Source: Phyllosticta citribraziliensis
Lineage: Eukaryota
Reading direction: 5' to 3'
DNA: 64,000 bases
Assembly (NCBI RefSeq): GCF_038025025.1
Contig: NW_027117343.1
Coordinates: 682,001 to 746,000, forward strand
The notes under the pieces are model-generated. The model made no database searches. It was not told the origin of the DNA and was given only the letters and a program-made list of their open reading frames with translations. The position numbers and the translations under genes are program-made. Positions 12,055-25,787 of the stretch are shown in pieces; the first letter of the stretch is position 1, and every line of letters begins with the position of its first letter.

Positions 12055-13721
12055 GCTACAGCCACATTCTAGGGATTTTCGGGCGTTTGGGTTGGGCATA
12101 TGGGAGCCCGGGGGCTGGTCTCTTTTGGCTTTGAATGATACCATGGGTAGGCTAAGTTCTCCAATTCGTAGTAGGAATATGATTTCGTGTATTACGAGAA
12201 AGCATCCCTTCACCGCTTGCGCAATTCAGGACCAACGTCGAATCCGTCAAACTCCCTGTGCCTCGAATTCGACATGGTGACAATCTGTCTCCCAATTGTT
12301 CGGAGAACCACACATCTTAAACAGCTATTCTGGCAGGACAGAGACAATTCACTCTCATGCGACAAACTCTAAGACATAGCGACAATCCAATCGTTAAACC
12401 CGCCAGTGAGTAGAGACTCCGTTCTAGGTGTGCGATCAAGCCTCGCAAAAGGTCAGCAGGAAAATGCGACCTCAATGCTTCGACAATTGCTTGACATGCT
12501 TAGTCCCTTGATCCCTTGATCCCCAAGCTCTCCACACTATTTCCTCCTTCCAACACACACGACTCGGTGCTAAGCTCTACCTGCTCCGTGCTGCCCTGGC
12601 CAATTGGCAACCACAGCGGCCGCGTAGATCGTTGCAAGACGCACGACATCCATGGCAGTACCGCCGCCAGCCGTCGATGCTATGACGTAACAGCATCTAC
12701 AATTCGACGTGCTGGCACAAAGGCGTTTGGTCGCGTGCTGCTACCTGTTGCTATAACTGCTTGCTTCCCCGCACCTCAGTTCCATCTCATCTGCATCTAT
12801 GTTGCCCCTCGTATTTGACGGGTGTTTCCATATATGCTCCGCACGGAAGAGGAAATTGCTGAGATGCGTCGTCTGCACCGCAATTCTGCACTGCCGTGGT
12901 TTTACGATGGGGAGGTTGACTGCAGACCCTTATCGGCATAGCCATCTCCACAAAACTTTAATGTGACCGACTGGGTGGTCGGAAGGAGGGAGACGTCAAG
13001 GACGGTTGGTGGTGGGCCACTCAGGTACCCCGGGCCGGCGCGCGGCTGTCTTATCTATGGCGAACCACGACGTCTGCCGGGCTCGCTATTACAACCACCA
13101 CGCTCATCAGCGCCCGTCATGGCAGGGCGTGCCGTGCGTATCCAGTGTCGACTACCCTGATTCTGGCTGGGCTGGCCGGGCCAGTCATCAGCCCGCTGTA
13201 GATAATAATGCGCTGCCTGAGTAGTTGGCTGGCCTGCTTTTCCTTGACCGACTATCGCCTGGCGGCGTATCTACTAGTCAACCACACACGGGCTTTTGCA
13301 GACCCTAACTACGTCTGTCATCTTCTCTTTCTTCTTTCATATGCTTGTCTTTTTCCATCTCTATATCCGTCTACCGACCTATCCAAGCGGCTGGGTGACA
13401 CGTGCGACGCAACTCTATACGCTCGACGAACGTGTGTTGGGAGAATCCTGGCACAAGAAGAAGGAGGAACAAGACGCCGCCGATTCGATAAGACGGGTCT
13501 GTCATCGTCCGGAAAACGACGCCAACGCTGTACCGCTGCGGTCGATCCCGGATCATATCGACAGTCACGTCGCGTCGCGTCGCGTCCATCCACAGCCATC
13601 GATCTACCCCTCTCGCTTATCCTCGTCCATCCTTCTCTTTCGACGACTTACTCGTTATTAAGCAAGCATACCTACTTTGGTAGCAAGCCCGTCGACCTAG
13701 ACAACAGCGACAGCCATCAAC

Positions 13722-16497
13722 ATGGCGCGCACTGCGACCAAGGCGGCAAAGATGGGCGTGGGCGTCATAGCTTCGACCCAGCCTGCCATTACTGTCGATG
13801 TGACGACGGCGACGGCGGCTTCGACACCAAGTGGCGGTAGCGGCAGGGAGAATCCGCGCAAGAGGCCAAAGAGCAAGAATGGATGCCAGCGGTGCAAGCT
13901 TAAGAGGGTAAGTGAATGAGTGCGTGAATGAGCTGCACAGACAACGCATTGGTGTTGGCGGAAGGGATAAGTCATGAGCAAAGGCAGCAACTTGGAAGCG
14001 TCCAGAACATCTTCCACAGTCCTTCGGCTCCCACTTCAACTTCTGCCCTTACCTCCGTCACATTCTCCGTCGTCGACATCTCTGAGTTCCCCTCTGACTA
14101 TCGGCTCTCCGAGCACACAAACAGCTCAAATGCGACGAGACCAAGCCTTCGTGCCGCAACTGCGTCGCCCGCCACATCGACTGCCCCGGCTACGGCAAGC
14201 TGCTCAAGTGGTGCGACAAGTACCAGTCCTACCTGTCTGGCGAACGGCCTGGCAGGAGCCAGGGCCAGGCTGGCCAGAGGCAGGCTGCCAAGCGAAGAGC
14301 TGCATCGCGGGCCTCGCCGCTTCCAACGACGACTACAAAGAGAAAGGACGGCGCTGCTGGGAGTAGTGATCAGACCCGAAGGGACGGAGGCCGAGCCAAT
14401 GATACAGCTGATGATCCTCACGCTCATCGCAGAGAAAGCGATGAGCAGCCTCAGAGAGCAGCATGTGGAACGGCGCGGCGGAGAGAGGAGGATGCAGGCA
14501 ACGGGGAAGGGGAGGATGCGGGTTTGGCTGGATGGGATCAGGCGGTGGGAAACCACTTGAGAAGAGTCGTCGAGTGCGTTGCACCACTTGAACGCGAGGC
14601 GAGCAAAACCCACCGAAGGCAGGATGATGAGAGACCAACCGTTGAAGAGGTGGATCCCGGGCCCGCTGACTTGCAACGCGGAGACGTGGAATTGGACGCT
14701 GGGTCGCCGCCCATTGATCCGGATTTGCTGGACATTGAGTTCGATGATCCCGGACTCGCCTATCTCGACCCCCCTGAAATGGGATTTCAAACTCCGGGGA
14801 CCAGTGCGGAAAGCACGGAAGAGCACGGGGACATTGAAGAGATACCTATGACGACGCATCCAGAGAACGTCTTGGACTTTAACGACCCAGCAGAAAATTT
14901 CCTACAAACCTTCTACGCGAGAGCCAACAACGCCCCCAGCTCTTCACTGGCCGATCCAGCGACAAAGCTAGTCACTTACTACTTCAGCAACGTCTGTCCA
15001 CTATACTCGGCCTTCGACTCGGCGTTAAACCCGTTCAGGAGCGCCGTGGGCCAGATATGGGACAGCAGTCCATCAGTGTACTATGCCATCCAGTCCATGG
15101 CGGCGGCGCAACTGGCCAACTTCTACCCGGAAATGATCTTTACTGGCTTGGATATGCAGCGCAAGGCATACCGCTGTCTTCAGGACGAAATGCAGCTGGT
15201 CACGGCCGGATGCCAGAGCAGTGACCGAGCCCTGCTCACGCTGCTGCTTCTGGGACCATCAGCAGCATGGCACGACAGCAGCGACCTGGGCCTCTCGCAC
15301 CTTGCCGCCGCCAGGGCCCTCATATACCCCCGACTCATTGCCCCAGTACCCCCTGGAAACAACCTCCTGCGCCGACGCAACCAATTCTTCGAAGAGGCGT
15401 TGATATACTGGGAGATGCTCATCGGCTTCGTCGAACCCGAGTCCACCTCGTCGTCCAACATTGGCCCCCTGGGTCTCGCCTCCTCGTTCCTCAACGGCAA
15501 CAGCGACAGCCCCGTCGCGCAGGCCAGCAAGCTGCTCCCGCACCCCTGGACCGGCATCGCGCCCAAGGTGCAAACCATCTTCGCCGAAGTGGGCCGGCTG
15601 ATCCGGCAAGAGCGGCTCTCCAAATCGCGTTACGGCGGCGCCAACGACTCATCGACATCATCTCTTTTCGACTTCGGCAGCAGCAGACCCCCGGGTCCAG
15701 CGTCGTCTTTCCGCACCGGCCGCGCGAAAGATGAGGCGGACAATCTGGCCTGGGCGACGGTGCTCGAGGGTCACTTGCTGTCCGCTTCGCTCCCGACGAC
15801 CGACGACCTGATTGACCCCGGCGACGCCAACACCACGCGCGCCGACTTTGTCGCCGTCGGCGAGGCGTACCGCTGCGCTGGGTTGCTGGAGCTGTATCGC
15901 GTTTTCCCGCCGCTGCTGCGCAAGCGGCTGGGCACTGCGAAGCAGACGCCGTCGTCGTCGTCGGCGGCGGCGACTACTGCTCCTCCTGAGCATCACACCC
16001 AAGACAACGACGGCGATGACGAGGACTGGGCCTCAGACGCGCGCGCCTGGTGGCACAGCTCGCTCGGCACCAACGGGCAGCCAACAGCATCGACGACCAC
16101 TCGCAGCACGACATCGACGACGACCAACGAGCGCAGCTTCCTCAACAGCCTCGCGCTGCACATCCTCTCCATCCTCTCCTCGCTCCCGCACAGCTCGGGC
16201 ACCATGTCCACCCAACCCATCCTGCTCGTCGCCGCGGCCTCGGAGCTACGCTACGCGGCGTCGGCGCTCGACTACTGGGACTTTGACGACGAGGCGGCCA
16301 ACGACGCGGGCGGCGCGGCGGCGGTGCGGCGCGCGCGCGCGTTTGTCGTCGAGCGCTTGACTGAGTTCAAGCGGCGCTTGCCGCGGCGCCCGTTGGAGCG
16401 CATGATGGAGCTCGTGCAGGAGGTGTGGCGGAGGGGCGGCGATGCGTTTTGGGTTGATGTTATGGTGGAGATGGGGTGGCAGACGGTTATGGGGTGA
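13722..16497 (+). CDS. Zn(II)2Cys6 transcription factor with a fungal-specific TF domain; intron ~13908-14123 splits the zinc cluster
   Basis: KSKNGCQRCKLKR|LKCDETKPSCRNCVARHIDCPGYGKLLKW reads in frame into the 657-aa ORF (YYFSNVCPLYSAFDSALNPFR..PHPWTG..FWVDVMVEMGWQTVMG). Confidence 0.9.
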
Positions 16498-17208
16498 TTT
16501 AGTGGTGGTGCTACTGTACTTGTGTTGTGTTGGTTGGAATGCGGAGCGTAGGCGAGCAGGTAATGTGCGTGGGTTGAGTTGGGTTGAACAACTCGACAAC
16601 CTACAAGATGGCAGGTGAGAGGAATAGGAGAAGTCCATAGACACCATGAGCATTCAATGGTTGTGAGCCTCAAATTCTACTACCACGCTCCGTCACCCCC
16701 TCACCTGCCACCGACCACCTACCATCTACCTACTCAACTACATACAAATACTGTGATCCCCAAACCACTACTACCCTCCCCGAAAGCAAAACACCCAACA
16801 TCCCTACAAAGCATCGCGCGCGCCCGCTAAAAAGTCGTCCCAATAGTACAGAATTTGTAATTTTACATGCGAGACCCAATTAGTCGTCGCCTCGTTTGAA
16901 GCAAAAGGTGTAGTTATCAGCGATGGATCAACGACGAGATGATATGATGCTCGTCTGGAGAGATGGGAAAGATGATGATGAGGTAGATGAGGCGGAAGAG
17001 GGGGAATGGGGAGCGTTATGGAACGCTTGCAGGACTCCCGCTTCTGCTGGTTCCTCTCTGGTCGTCGCGTCCGCAGCGCAACGCAATACACGGAATACGT
17101 CGTCGTTTTGGCGTTTCGATGTTGGAGTGCTTCCTAGAGAGGGATCTGGCCACTCTGACGCAGGTCACCAGCGCATCTCCAAACACAACCACAGACGACA
17201 AGCCTAGC

Positions 17209-18660
17209 CTAGGTGCTCTTCTTGTCGTCGTCCGCCTCGACGTACGGGTGCTTGATGGACAAGCACCAAATGTCCAAATAATCGCAAATCGTCGTGATGA
17301 CATCGTACACAAAGCTAGCATGGACGCCGACCGCCAGCCCAACACACAAGAAGACGAAAGCGACCTGGTAGACGCCATCGCCGAGGGCGCTGGGCCAGCC
17401 GAGCTTGCTCAGGCCGCCGAGGTAGATGCCGTCGAGGTGGCACTGCAGCAGCGCGTTGCGGATGACGGGGCCGGCCGAGTCGACGACGGCGTAGAGCAGC
17501 GGCAGGATCAGGATGTTGGTGCGCGGGAACGCCGACTTGGTCAGGTGCGCCGTGATCATGCGGCCGACGCTGAAGGCGTTGATGAGGCCTACGTAGAAGG
17601 TGAAGGGCACCAGGTGCGCGTGCAGGATGATCGGTTGTAGGTACAGGTACGCGACGATGAGGACCCACGCCGTGAAGAAGGGGAGCAGGCCGAGCAGCGC
17701 GATGCGGCTGCGCTGGCCGCGGGCGCGGCGAGCTTCGATGACGTTTTGCGCGCTGTGGGGTCGGCGTGTCAGTTGAACGTGGTTCGATCTGGCAAGACAA
17801 AAGAAAAGTGGAAAAGTGGGCATGAATGCAAGGGGAACCGGTTGGTGGACGTGTTTTGCATACTGACCTGACAACGGTGTTGAAGACGAGCATGATGCCG
17901 CCGTAGAACATGTACCAATCGGTCCACTCCATGTTGTACACCAGCTCCGGCAGCCACGCAGGTTTGTTGAGGCCAATCGTTGCCAGCATGCCCTGGTGCC
18001 AGAAGCTGCCGCCGCCCAGGTAGCCGGTCAACGCGTACACAGCACACAAAGTGAGGATCCCTACTGCGCTGTCAGTCTTGCTCAACACAACGGATTCGTT
18101 GAATGCTCCAAGCGTCCGAACATACCCTCAACGGGACCGGACACGATGCCCAGAGTAAGCGTGTGCGTGTGATACTCATCCCACGTCTGCACGTAAAAGG
18201 TGAGCAGGCTGGCAAACAGGATCATGACCGTCTTCCAGCCCTGGCCAAGGTTCATGGCCGCGGCGAACAGGAGCACCTCGAGGCTGGTGTTGATGGCATC
18301 CACGCCGTGGTCAAACAGCTCTCCCAGCGGGCCGCTCTGCCTGGTCCGGCGCGCCTGCGTCCCGTCGACGGCGTCAAACGTCTGGTACAGGAACAGACCG
18401 AGCGCCCACGAGTAGTAGACCCAGGTCGGGCAGTCGACGTCGAGGCCGGGCGAGTACCACAGCATGGTGAGGAAGTTTGCGACGACGAAGGAGAAGCCGG
18501 ACAGCGTGATCATGTTCGGCGCCATGCTCATCGGGAACATCTTGATGACGACATTGGTGTAGAAGGGCTTCATGATGTAGCGCGAGACCAGCGAATGGTC
18601 GACGCCCGAGTACTTGTACTCTTTGAGCCGGGGGAGTTTGTCTTGCCGTATGTAGACCAT
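17209..18660 (-). CDS. EPT1: Choline/ethanolamine phosphotransferase (CDP-alcohol phosphatidyltransferase, Ept1/Cpt1 type); 3 exons
   Basis: YKYSGVDHSL, APNMITL, the CDP-alcohol motif DAVDGTQARRTRQSGPLGELFDHGVD, and ITTICDYLDIWCLSIK. It ends in KKST, a KKxx ER-retrieval-type signal. Confidence 0.9.
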
Positions 18661-19389
18661 CTTGAATGTGAGCCTGCCTCCTTGAAATGTTCAAATCTGT
18701 CCCAGCTCTTTCCAGGCTATGGTGTCGCTAGGCCTTGACGTGGCGGGGTAGCGCGTGGAAGGTGGAGAAAGCAATGTGCGAGTTGTAGGGAATCCAACGT
18801 CGGTCGGTTCTTTGTTTCGTGACTGGCTGCGTAAAACGAGCCGTCGCGGTCGTCAGGTCATTAATGCGTGGTGGGGGAAGAGGGCGGGGAGAGGAAGAGG
18901 ATGTTTGGGACAGGTCCTGTTTCGACGAATTTCTTGATCGGACGCGTTCCATGGGCGTCATCGCTCGGGCCACGCGACTCGAAGACATGTGCGCTCCATG
19001 ATAGGCTACCGCGACAAGAACAACGGCCGCTTCCAAAAGCTTGACTCCACACGGCCACCAACTACTGCCACACGGCACGGCTCGCGTGGCCGTAAGCCAT
19101 GGTACGTACCGTTGCAAGTCACCGTCATTGCATAGCCTGGGCCTTTTGAATCGAATTTTGACCTTTTTCATTTCCTCATTGACCGTATTCCGTTCCTGCT
19201 ACCATACAAAACCCGTTTGAAAGTCCGCCTGCTCAAATGCCTTGACCCTTGGCCACGCAGATCGACCGACACTAGCAACGCGCGGAAAATGCACATCAGC
19301 CATCCATCCGCCCAATCCACCGCCATAAACAATTTCCTCCTGCAGAAGAAATACTAGCATGATCCTCCAGCAGCCCACCGTCTGCCGCC

Positions 19390-20563
19390 TCATGCCACAG
19401 GACTCCACGGCATGGGAATCATGATGCGGCTCTTCATTGTCTGGATCAACGGCACCGTCTTGTGCACAGTCTCGCCCCATCCTTCGACACTCCAGCTCTG
19501 CTCCCGGCGAACCTTGCGCTCCTCGAGGTTGGCAAACTGCCACAGGTGGTGCACCGTGTTGAGGTCTCCAATCTGAACGAACCATGCGCCCACACCCTCC
19601 ATGACTTCGCGCCTGGCCTTGAGTCCCTTTCGCCAGTGCGTCTCCCACTCGAGCAAGTTGCCAGGGTGCAGCGTGTATGAGCGGAGTTCGAAGATGCCGC
19701 CGAGACGGCGGGGCGGAGTGGTGGGCCAGAATGAAAACTCCTGCATCAGCGACGACCGCTTCGAATTGATCAGACTCTTAAGCTTTCTGTCGAAGTCGGG
19801 GAAGTCTTGATGGAATTGGATCGAGTGAAGAGATTCGTGGTAGCCCTCGTAGCGCTGGTACTCCCAGATGTGGACTGTTTGGGTTAGCGCTCGGTCTCGT
19901 TGTCGACGCGCATGGGAACGACTCACCGAACGTGTCGCAGTCTCCAACCTCTGTTCTCCAGCTGCCGACGAGATTGACCTTGTTCTCGGGCTCAGCAGCC
20001 ATGCGCGGATACCACTTGCCCACGAGCTCCACGTACTCGTCGACCTTGTCGGGCTTGACCTCGTGGGTGACGATCGAGTGGACGTACTTGCCGCGAGCAA
20101 GCACCTGGGAAAAGCTCCTCTCCATGTCGCGGTCCAGGTTACGGCCCTCGTGAGTGCCGTAGATGAGGGTCGAGAGCTTGCCCTTGGATTTGCCGCCATC
20201 CTGGGCCTCTTCGCGCTCCTTGGCTTCTCCTGCAAACGCAAAAGGAAGTGAGTTGACGGCTTTGGCAAGCGTTGAATCGGACGAAGCAATTGCAGAGGGA
20301 CCAGACGCAGACACATCACCCGCGGCTGGGGATTGGGATGCAGAAGGTGACCCACTCTCTTCTCTCTCACGCCTCGCGGCCTGCTCCTTCAGCTGCTGTC
20401 GGAAGGCGCGCTGCCTCTCGTCAAACTTGGCGCCTCCATTGGGCTCGACGTCGGCGAGCGATGGAGAGCGCGCGGGTTGACGGTGGGCAGCGAGAGCGGC
20501 GAAGGAGCGCAGCGCTGAAGGCACAGCCTGGGTGCGAAGAGCCGGTGCGATGCGGGGAATCAT
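19390..20563 (-). CDS. NIPSNAP family mitochondrial protein; 2 exons
   Basis: Arg/Ala-rich presequence MIPRIAPALR.., then SFSQVLARGKYVHSIV, LVGSWRTEVGDCDTF|VHIWEY, FELRSYTLHPGNLLEW, and C-terminal IPMPWSPVA. Confidence 0.9.
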
Positions 20564-21691
20564 GGTGCAAGGTTGTTGGAGGGTGGAGCGACGTGTCGCG
20601 TGTTGTGACGGGGGTGGGGAGGAGGAGGGTGAGGGTGTGGTGGTTGTGCAATGGAAGAGTAGAGGCAAGGTTGATGGTAAAGGCGAAGGAGCAGGAGGGA
20701 TGACGTTGGCAGTGGATCGGCTCAGGCGAGTCGAAGGACCAAGTACCTCTGCGGCAGCCTCAGGTCGCCGTGTGGTTCGAGGGGTGGTGTGGACGAGGTG
20801 CGGAGAGGGGAGGGGGAAGCCAAGCGGGTGGGTGGGTGAATGCGTCTCTGGTCTGGTCTGGTCTGTTGTGGAGGGAGGCGGAGGTACCTCTGCACTGCGC
20901 TGGCATTGGAGAGTGACAGACCCTTGGCCTCTCCTCAGCCTGCCTCTGGGCTGCTTTAAAGCTTCCCCGCAAATTGTACGTCAGCAGCAACCACCAATCA
21001 CCACCCCATCGCCCTCGACCGCCAATCCGCCGTCCCTGGACCCCTTTGCTCGTCACGCCCTTCATCGCCTGTCGTGCCATTGGCCCCGTTTCGTTCGTCT
21101 GGTCCAGACGCTGCTTGAGCTACCCCCAGTCCCCCACATCTGAAGCAGGGAGCTTTGACGCCATCCCTAACCTGGCCCTGTCCTCTTACATCACCTGGCA
21201 GTACCCGATGCTAGCCGCTACATCTGACACCGTGATTCCCCCGTCTGTCTGTACTAGACCATTGTACACTCCTTTGCATCTTCAGCGACTGTCAGAATGG
21301 CTGTCATTGCTATGCTGGAAATCCGCACGAGCCTCTCGAGTGCTTTGGCCCCGTCTTCTCCACCAAAGCTCCCCACATCTTCCGACTCCATATGGCGTCA
21401 CCATCACCGACAAATGACGACCACTCTTCCCTGCCCCCTCTACTCTTCATCCCCTTCACCTCCTCCACATAACCCAGAGAATTATGCTATGTACAAAACC
21501 CCCCGCCAAAACCCATCCTTCTAGCGCCAAGGAACCTCGTTTTTTCCCGGACCAAGCCTTAACTGCGTGATCCTAACCGTCATCTTCTCATCATTTCTGC
21601 ACCGCTGCTTCTCCAGGAAACGAAAACTTTTCGTTGCGTGGAAAGATTTTCTTCGCCGTTGCTCCGTGTCTTGAGCAAACGTACCAGGGGC

Positions 21692-24601
21692 CTATGACCT
21701 GACCCGTTGATAGAAGAGAATGTAGGCCACCTTGTTGTCTTTGGCGCCCTTGTCCTGCATCGGCGTTCTCTTGCCCGCCGACGATGGTGTCGCTGTGCCG
21801 TTGACCACTCCGGTCCACTTCTTCCCCGCTGCGCTGGAGCTGCCTGAGCCATTGACTTGGCTCCACCCTCCTTCCGCCTGCTCCTGCTCCTCCTCTTCGT
21901 TCTGATCGAAGCCTGCTTGCTCGTAAATGTTTTTGTTTGCGCTTTGCTCGCGGTTGTGCTGCTCGAGAGCCTTTGCCAGTACGCGAGGGTCCTCTTCGCT
22001 GCCGCCTTCCGCTACGTCTTCAGCACGGATGCGTCGGAGGACTGTGTCGTCCATGCGAATCCACTCCCGCCCGTCTTGACGGCGCACATCGACCGTGTAA
22101 TGACCACCGCTGGCCGTTTTGCCGTGATGGTATACCACTCCCGTCAGGCGGTACTTGGGTTGACCGCCCTTGACGGCAAGTCCAGGCCGCATGTGAGTTG
22201 GGAAGACCTCCTTCGGAATCTCCAGGTCTAAGGGGTACCCGACCTTCTTCCAGATCTTCTGAGTGCCTCCGGTGTTGTCGTACTGGAAACGCTTGAGATG
22301 CAGAATGAGAACTGGTGGCAGCGTCTCAATGAAAACTTGCTTTGTTGCAGACGTCCCCGGACCCCGAGGCGAGTTGAAGTCGCCTTGGAGTGTTTCGGGG
22401 CGAGTAAGCCCCTTGAGCGCCTCAACGATGTTGTTCACGCTGGGCGCTCCAATGTCGAGCTGGAGTGGCTGGTAGGGTTCGAGGGTGACCGAGGGCTTGA
22501 GTCCGGGGACACGAAGTTCCGAACGAAGCTTTCCGCCAAACAGTTTGGTAATGGGAGTTTCAAAGTCGACCATGCCAGACGACCTGGTGACTGCCGCCTT
22601 TTGTTTCGGGCCGACCTCCATCCAGCCATCAACTGTATTTTCTGAGCCCGAGGGCTCGGCGGTTTTATCATTGCCAGTTTTGGCATCTGCCGAAGCCTTC
22701 TTCATCACATGCACGCATTCATCATGAAGACCTGCCAGAAGGAAACCCAAAAACTCCTCAGCATCCTGCTGATGCCCGCGCTGTGAAGAGTCAGCAATGG
22801 TCCTGTTCACTTTGATTGAAAGGCTTACCCTCATGGATGAAAATCGAGGAAGACTTTTAATGACTTCATAAACGAATTCGGGAGTGAATGCATCGCCGTA
22901 CTGCTCCAGCTCCATGTCTTTCAGCCGGAGTTTCAATTGCTCTTGCGAAATAGCAGAATCAATGATAGGAAATTCGCGAACGAACAAAATCCTGTGCTCT
23001 TGTTAGTATAGCGAACCCCAGGAGCAGTTTTACAGAACTTACATGGCGTCGAGCAGGGGAGTCTCGCTTTTGAAGCTGTACGCTGCACGCTTGCCAACCA
23101 GATCGAGAAACTCGTAAAACGGCGTACAGAAAACAAGAGTTTGAAGAATCTGCGGCAATCGTTAGCACTGTAACTTTATCAACCTCATTGAACCACGTAC
23201 CGAATTCATATAACACATGTTGCCGGTATTTACAAGACCGCGCGGCTCGATGAACGCAATCTTGCCGTCATTGATCACCTCAAAAGTTCGAAGGGTGTCT
23301 ATGAGCGAGTCGCTTTTGGGCGGCACAAACCCATTGGGAGCAGATGCACCGTTTGCTGCCGCGGGGGGTGCGGGAGCAGCAGCGTTTTTGGTCCTCACTA
23401 GATCGGCCCAAGACTTGGGGGGTGCTGCTTTGGGAGGGGGGGAGGTGGCAGTCGCAGTTCGCTCGGACACGGGAGATGCCGAGGTCTTTGGGACCGCACC
23501 TTCGTCCTCTTGTTTCGACTCCTCGACAGCAGTGACATGGCGCTCGGCTGTTGAAGCCGTGGCACTGCTTTTCCTTCGAGAAGCAGGTACAGCGGGCACG
23601 ACGGGTTTGATTGGTATGATGGGCACCGCCGGGACAGTGCTCTTGCGGGTTTGAGTCGCTGGGGCTTGTGCGCGAGGCGTGGACGGAGGTAGCGCTGATG
23701 AGGGAGTCGTCGGATGCGTGGAGTCGGTTTCCGAAGGAGCTTGAGATGTACCAGGCGTGTCGAGTTCCGAGGCCGCGGTCGCCGTGGTCTCTGGCGCATC
23801 CCTTGTCTCTTCGTGTAGCTCCAAGCTTTCAACTTGCGTCGCCTCGACAGTTTCTTCCCTGGCAGGCAGCTCTAGCATGGGCTCGTTTGATGCAGGCAGG
23901 TCGCGTCTTCGCCTCCGTTGTCGCCGCGCCTTTGGAGGGAATGGCTCATCGGGGTTGGAGTACCAGGGTAGCTTTGAAAAAGTTAGCAGGTTGTTTGTCA
24001 ACAGTCGGAGCGGATCCTGGGTGGCACGTACCGGAGGATAGAATGGCATCCTGAGTCCCAGCGCCGAAGGCGCGTGTCTGGACGAGAAGGAAGGCCGCGA
24101 GGAACCTGGGATGGGAGGCGTGGTGGAGGTGCTCTGTGTGGTTGTTGGAGTTGAGGGTGATAGCAATGGCTGCGAGTTAACCGAAGGCGTAGAGGGCGCG
24201 GGCTGCGGCGTAAAGGATTGTGCTACCAAGGCTGCCGGCGGCGTGTGAGTGTGGACGACAGGCGGAGTGCGAGCGTGCTGTCGGTGCATGGGACCAACGG
24301 AATGAGCGTGGGGATGAGAAGAAACGACTACGGGTGAGTGCTGCTGGGGCGGCGGTGGCGCCTGCTGCGGGTGGTATGGCCGGGGCGGCAGCGGGTGTTG
24401 ATACTGCGGATGGGCATTGTAGGCAGGATAGTAGTGTTGAGGGTAAGCGTATGGGCTGCCGTGGAAGTGGGCGGGATGGTGATAGCCAGCGTAGACATGC
24501 ATGGGAGCAGGCGAGTGGGCCTGCGGCGGCATGTGGTAGAAGTCGTTCTGTCTCCTCATGGCAGCTCCGGAGGGCATGCCGGCGTGAGGGCCGGGCACCA
24601 T
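21692..24601 (-). CDS. UBP3: Ubiquitin-specific protease Ubp3/USP10-like; 5 exons
   Basis: Pro/Gln/His-rich N-terminus, KSWADL motif, Cys box PRGLVNTGNMCYMNS, QQDAEEFL, His box GVVYHHGKTASGGHY, and AYILFYQR. The start codon is tentative. Confidence 0.88.
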
Positions 24602-24800
24602 GGGTTGATGGAGACGTGTGCCTCACGGTCAGCGCTGGCCGGTCAAGGACCTAGCGACCGACGTGAGGCGGGTTGAAGAGAAGATGAAGGCCGCCAAGAC
24701 GCGCCTTCAAGCAGAGGTGAGGGAGAGCGGCGGCGGGCGGCGCCGGATGCACTGCAGAGGGCGAGAGTTGCGGATGGAGAGGTGGTGATGAGGGTGGAGT

Positions 24801-24824
24801 GGTGGTGGTGGTGGTGGTGGTGGT
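24801..24824. repeat. (GGT)8 microsatellite upstream of UBP3
   Basis: Read directly from the sequence. Confidence 0.9.
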
Positions 24825-25787
24825 CGACGGGGTTGTGTTGGCGGAAGGTTGGCGGGCTAGGTTGGATTGATAATTTGCTGCGGGTGCGTGGTTTGAGGTC
24901 ATCAAGGCAGCGTCAAGCACCGAGAGAGGGACAAGCAGCCGGAAGAGGGCCGACGATCGCGTGGGCAGTGGCACGACGGACTGGACCAAACCACGGCACT
25001 CCGCTCCGCTCCACCAGCAAACGGCCGTGAAGAGACAGACGCCCTGTTGGTTCTTGAACTGGCGTCCGTTCCTTGCCTGCCAAGCATCCAGACGCGCGCT
25101 ACCGGGACATGTATGTTCTCTGTCACTGTAGGCAAGATGAGGCGCCCAGGAACCGCTCGTCAGAAGACTTTTTCCAAATGAATCATTCGACATGCACATC
25201 AACGGGCACAGCGTGAAGATCGAGTTGGTAGTATACGGTAGGGTAGGCATTGGTGGTGGCGGCCTCAACTTTTCTTCTTCACGCGTCAGCCCCGCACCCC
25301 GTGCAAATGTCGCCGCCTGCCTGAAGGACTGCGTCACCTCATCTGCCATCAAATCTGTCCATGACCTGTCTCTCTGCTCTGCTGCTGGGTGACAGACGCG
25401 CCGCCACTCAGCCGCCTCGCCTACATTCAACCGCCACTCGCACAGCTCGTCTCCCTTTCAACCGTCTTCTCTTGCAAGTGGCGTCCGCCCCGGGCACCCG
25501 CCAGACCCAGAACTCGACCTTGCCTTTCCGGTTACCTGTACCGACTTCGCCCGCTGCACGTGATTCGCCCTCTGACAGCCCGACATCAAACGTTCCACCC
25601 ACTTGAGTGACTCTTCCCTCATCCCCCAAAGTCCACCTTCGGGGGACCAGCAGCTTGTCCGAGTACACTCGCGTCCGTTATCCGTTCGACTCTCCATCTT
25701 TCCTCCCTCGGAGCTTCTTGTCGCCTCTTTGCCCCTCACTGAGGTTCTGGTGGCTCCCCCGCAGTTTCGTCATTGCTGGGTACCGCC

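Noticed and set aside
13006..13840. ORFs upstream of the Zn2Cys6 gene (possible uORFs or small proteins)
   Set aside because: No recognisable motifs or coding bias, and the transcription start is unknown, so uORF status cannot be claimed.
17190..17212. Possible readthrough to a peroxisomal signal after the EPT1 stop (TAG GCT AGG CTT = ARL)
   Set aside because: ARL is not followed by a stop and the context is not the TGA-CTA readthrough motif.
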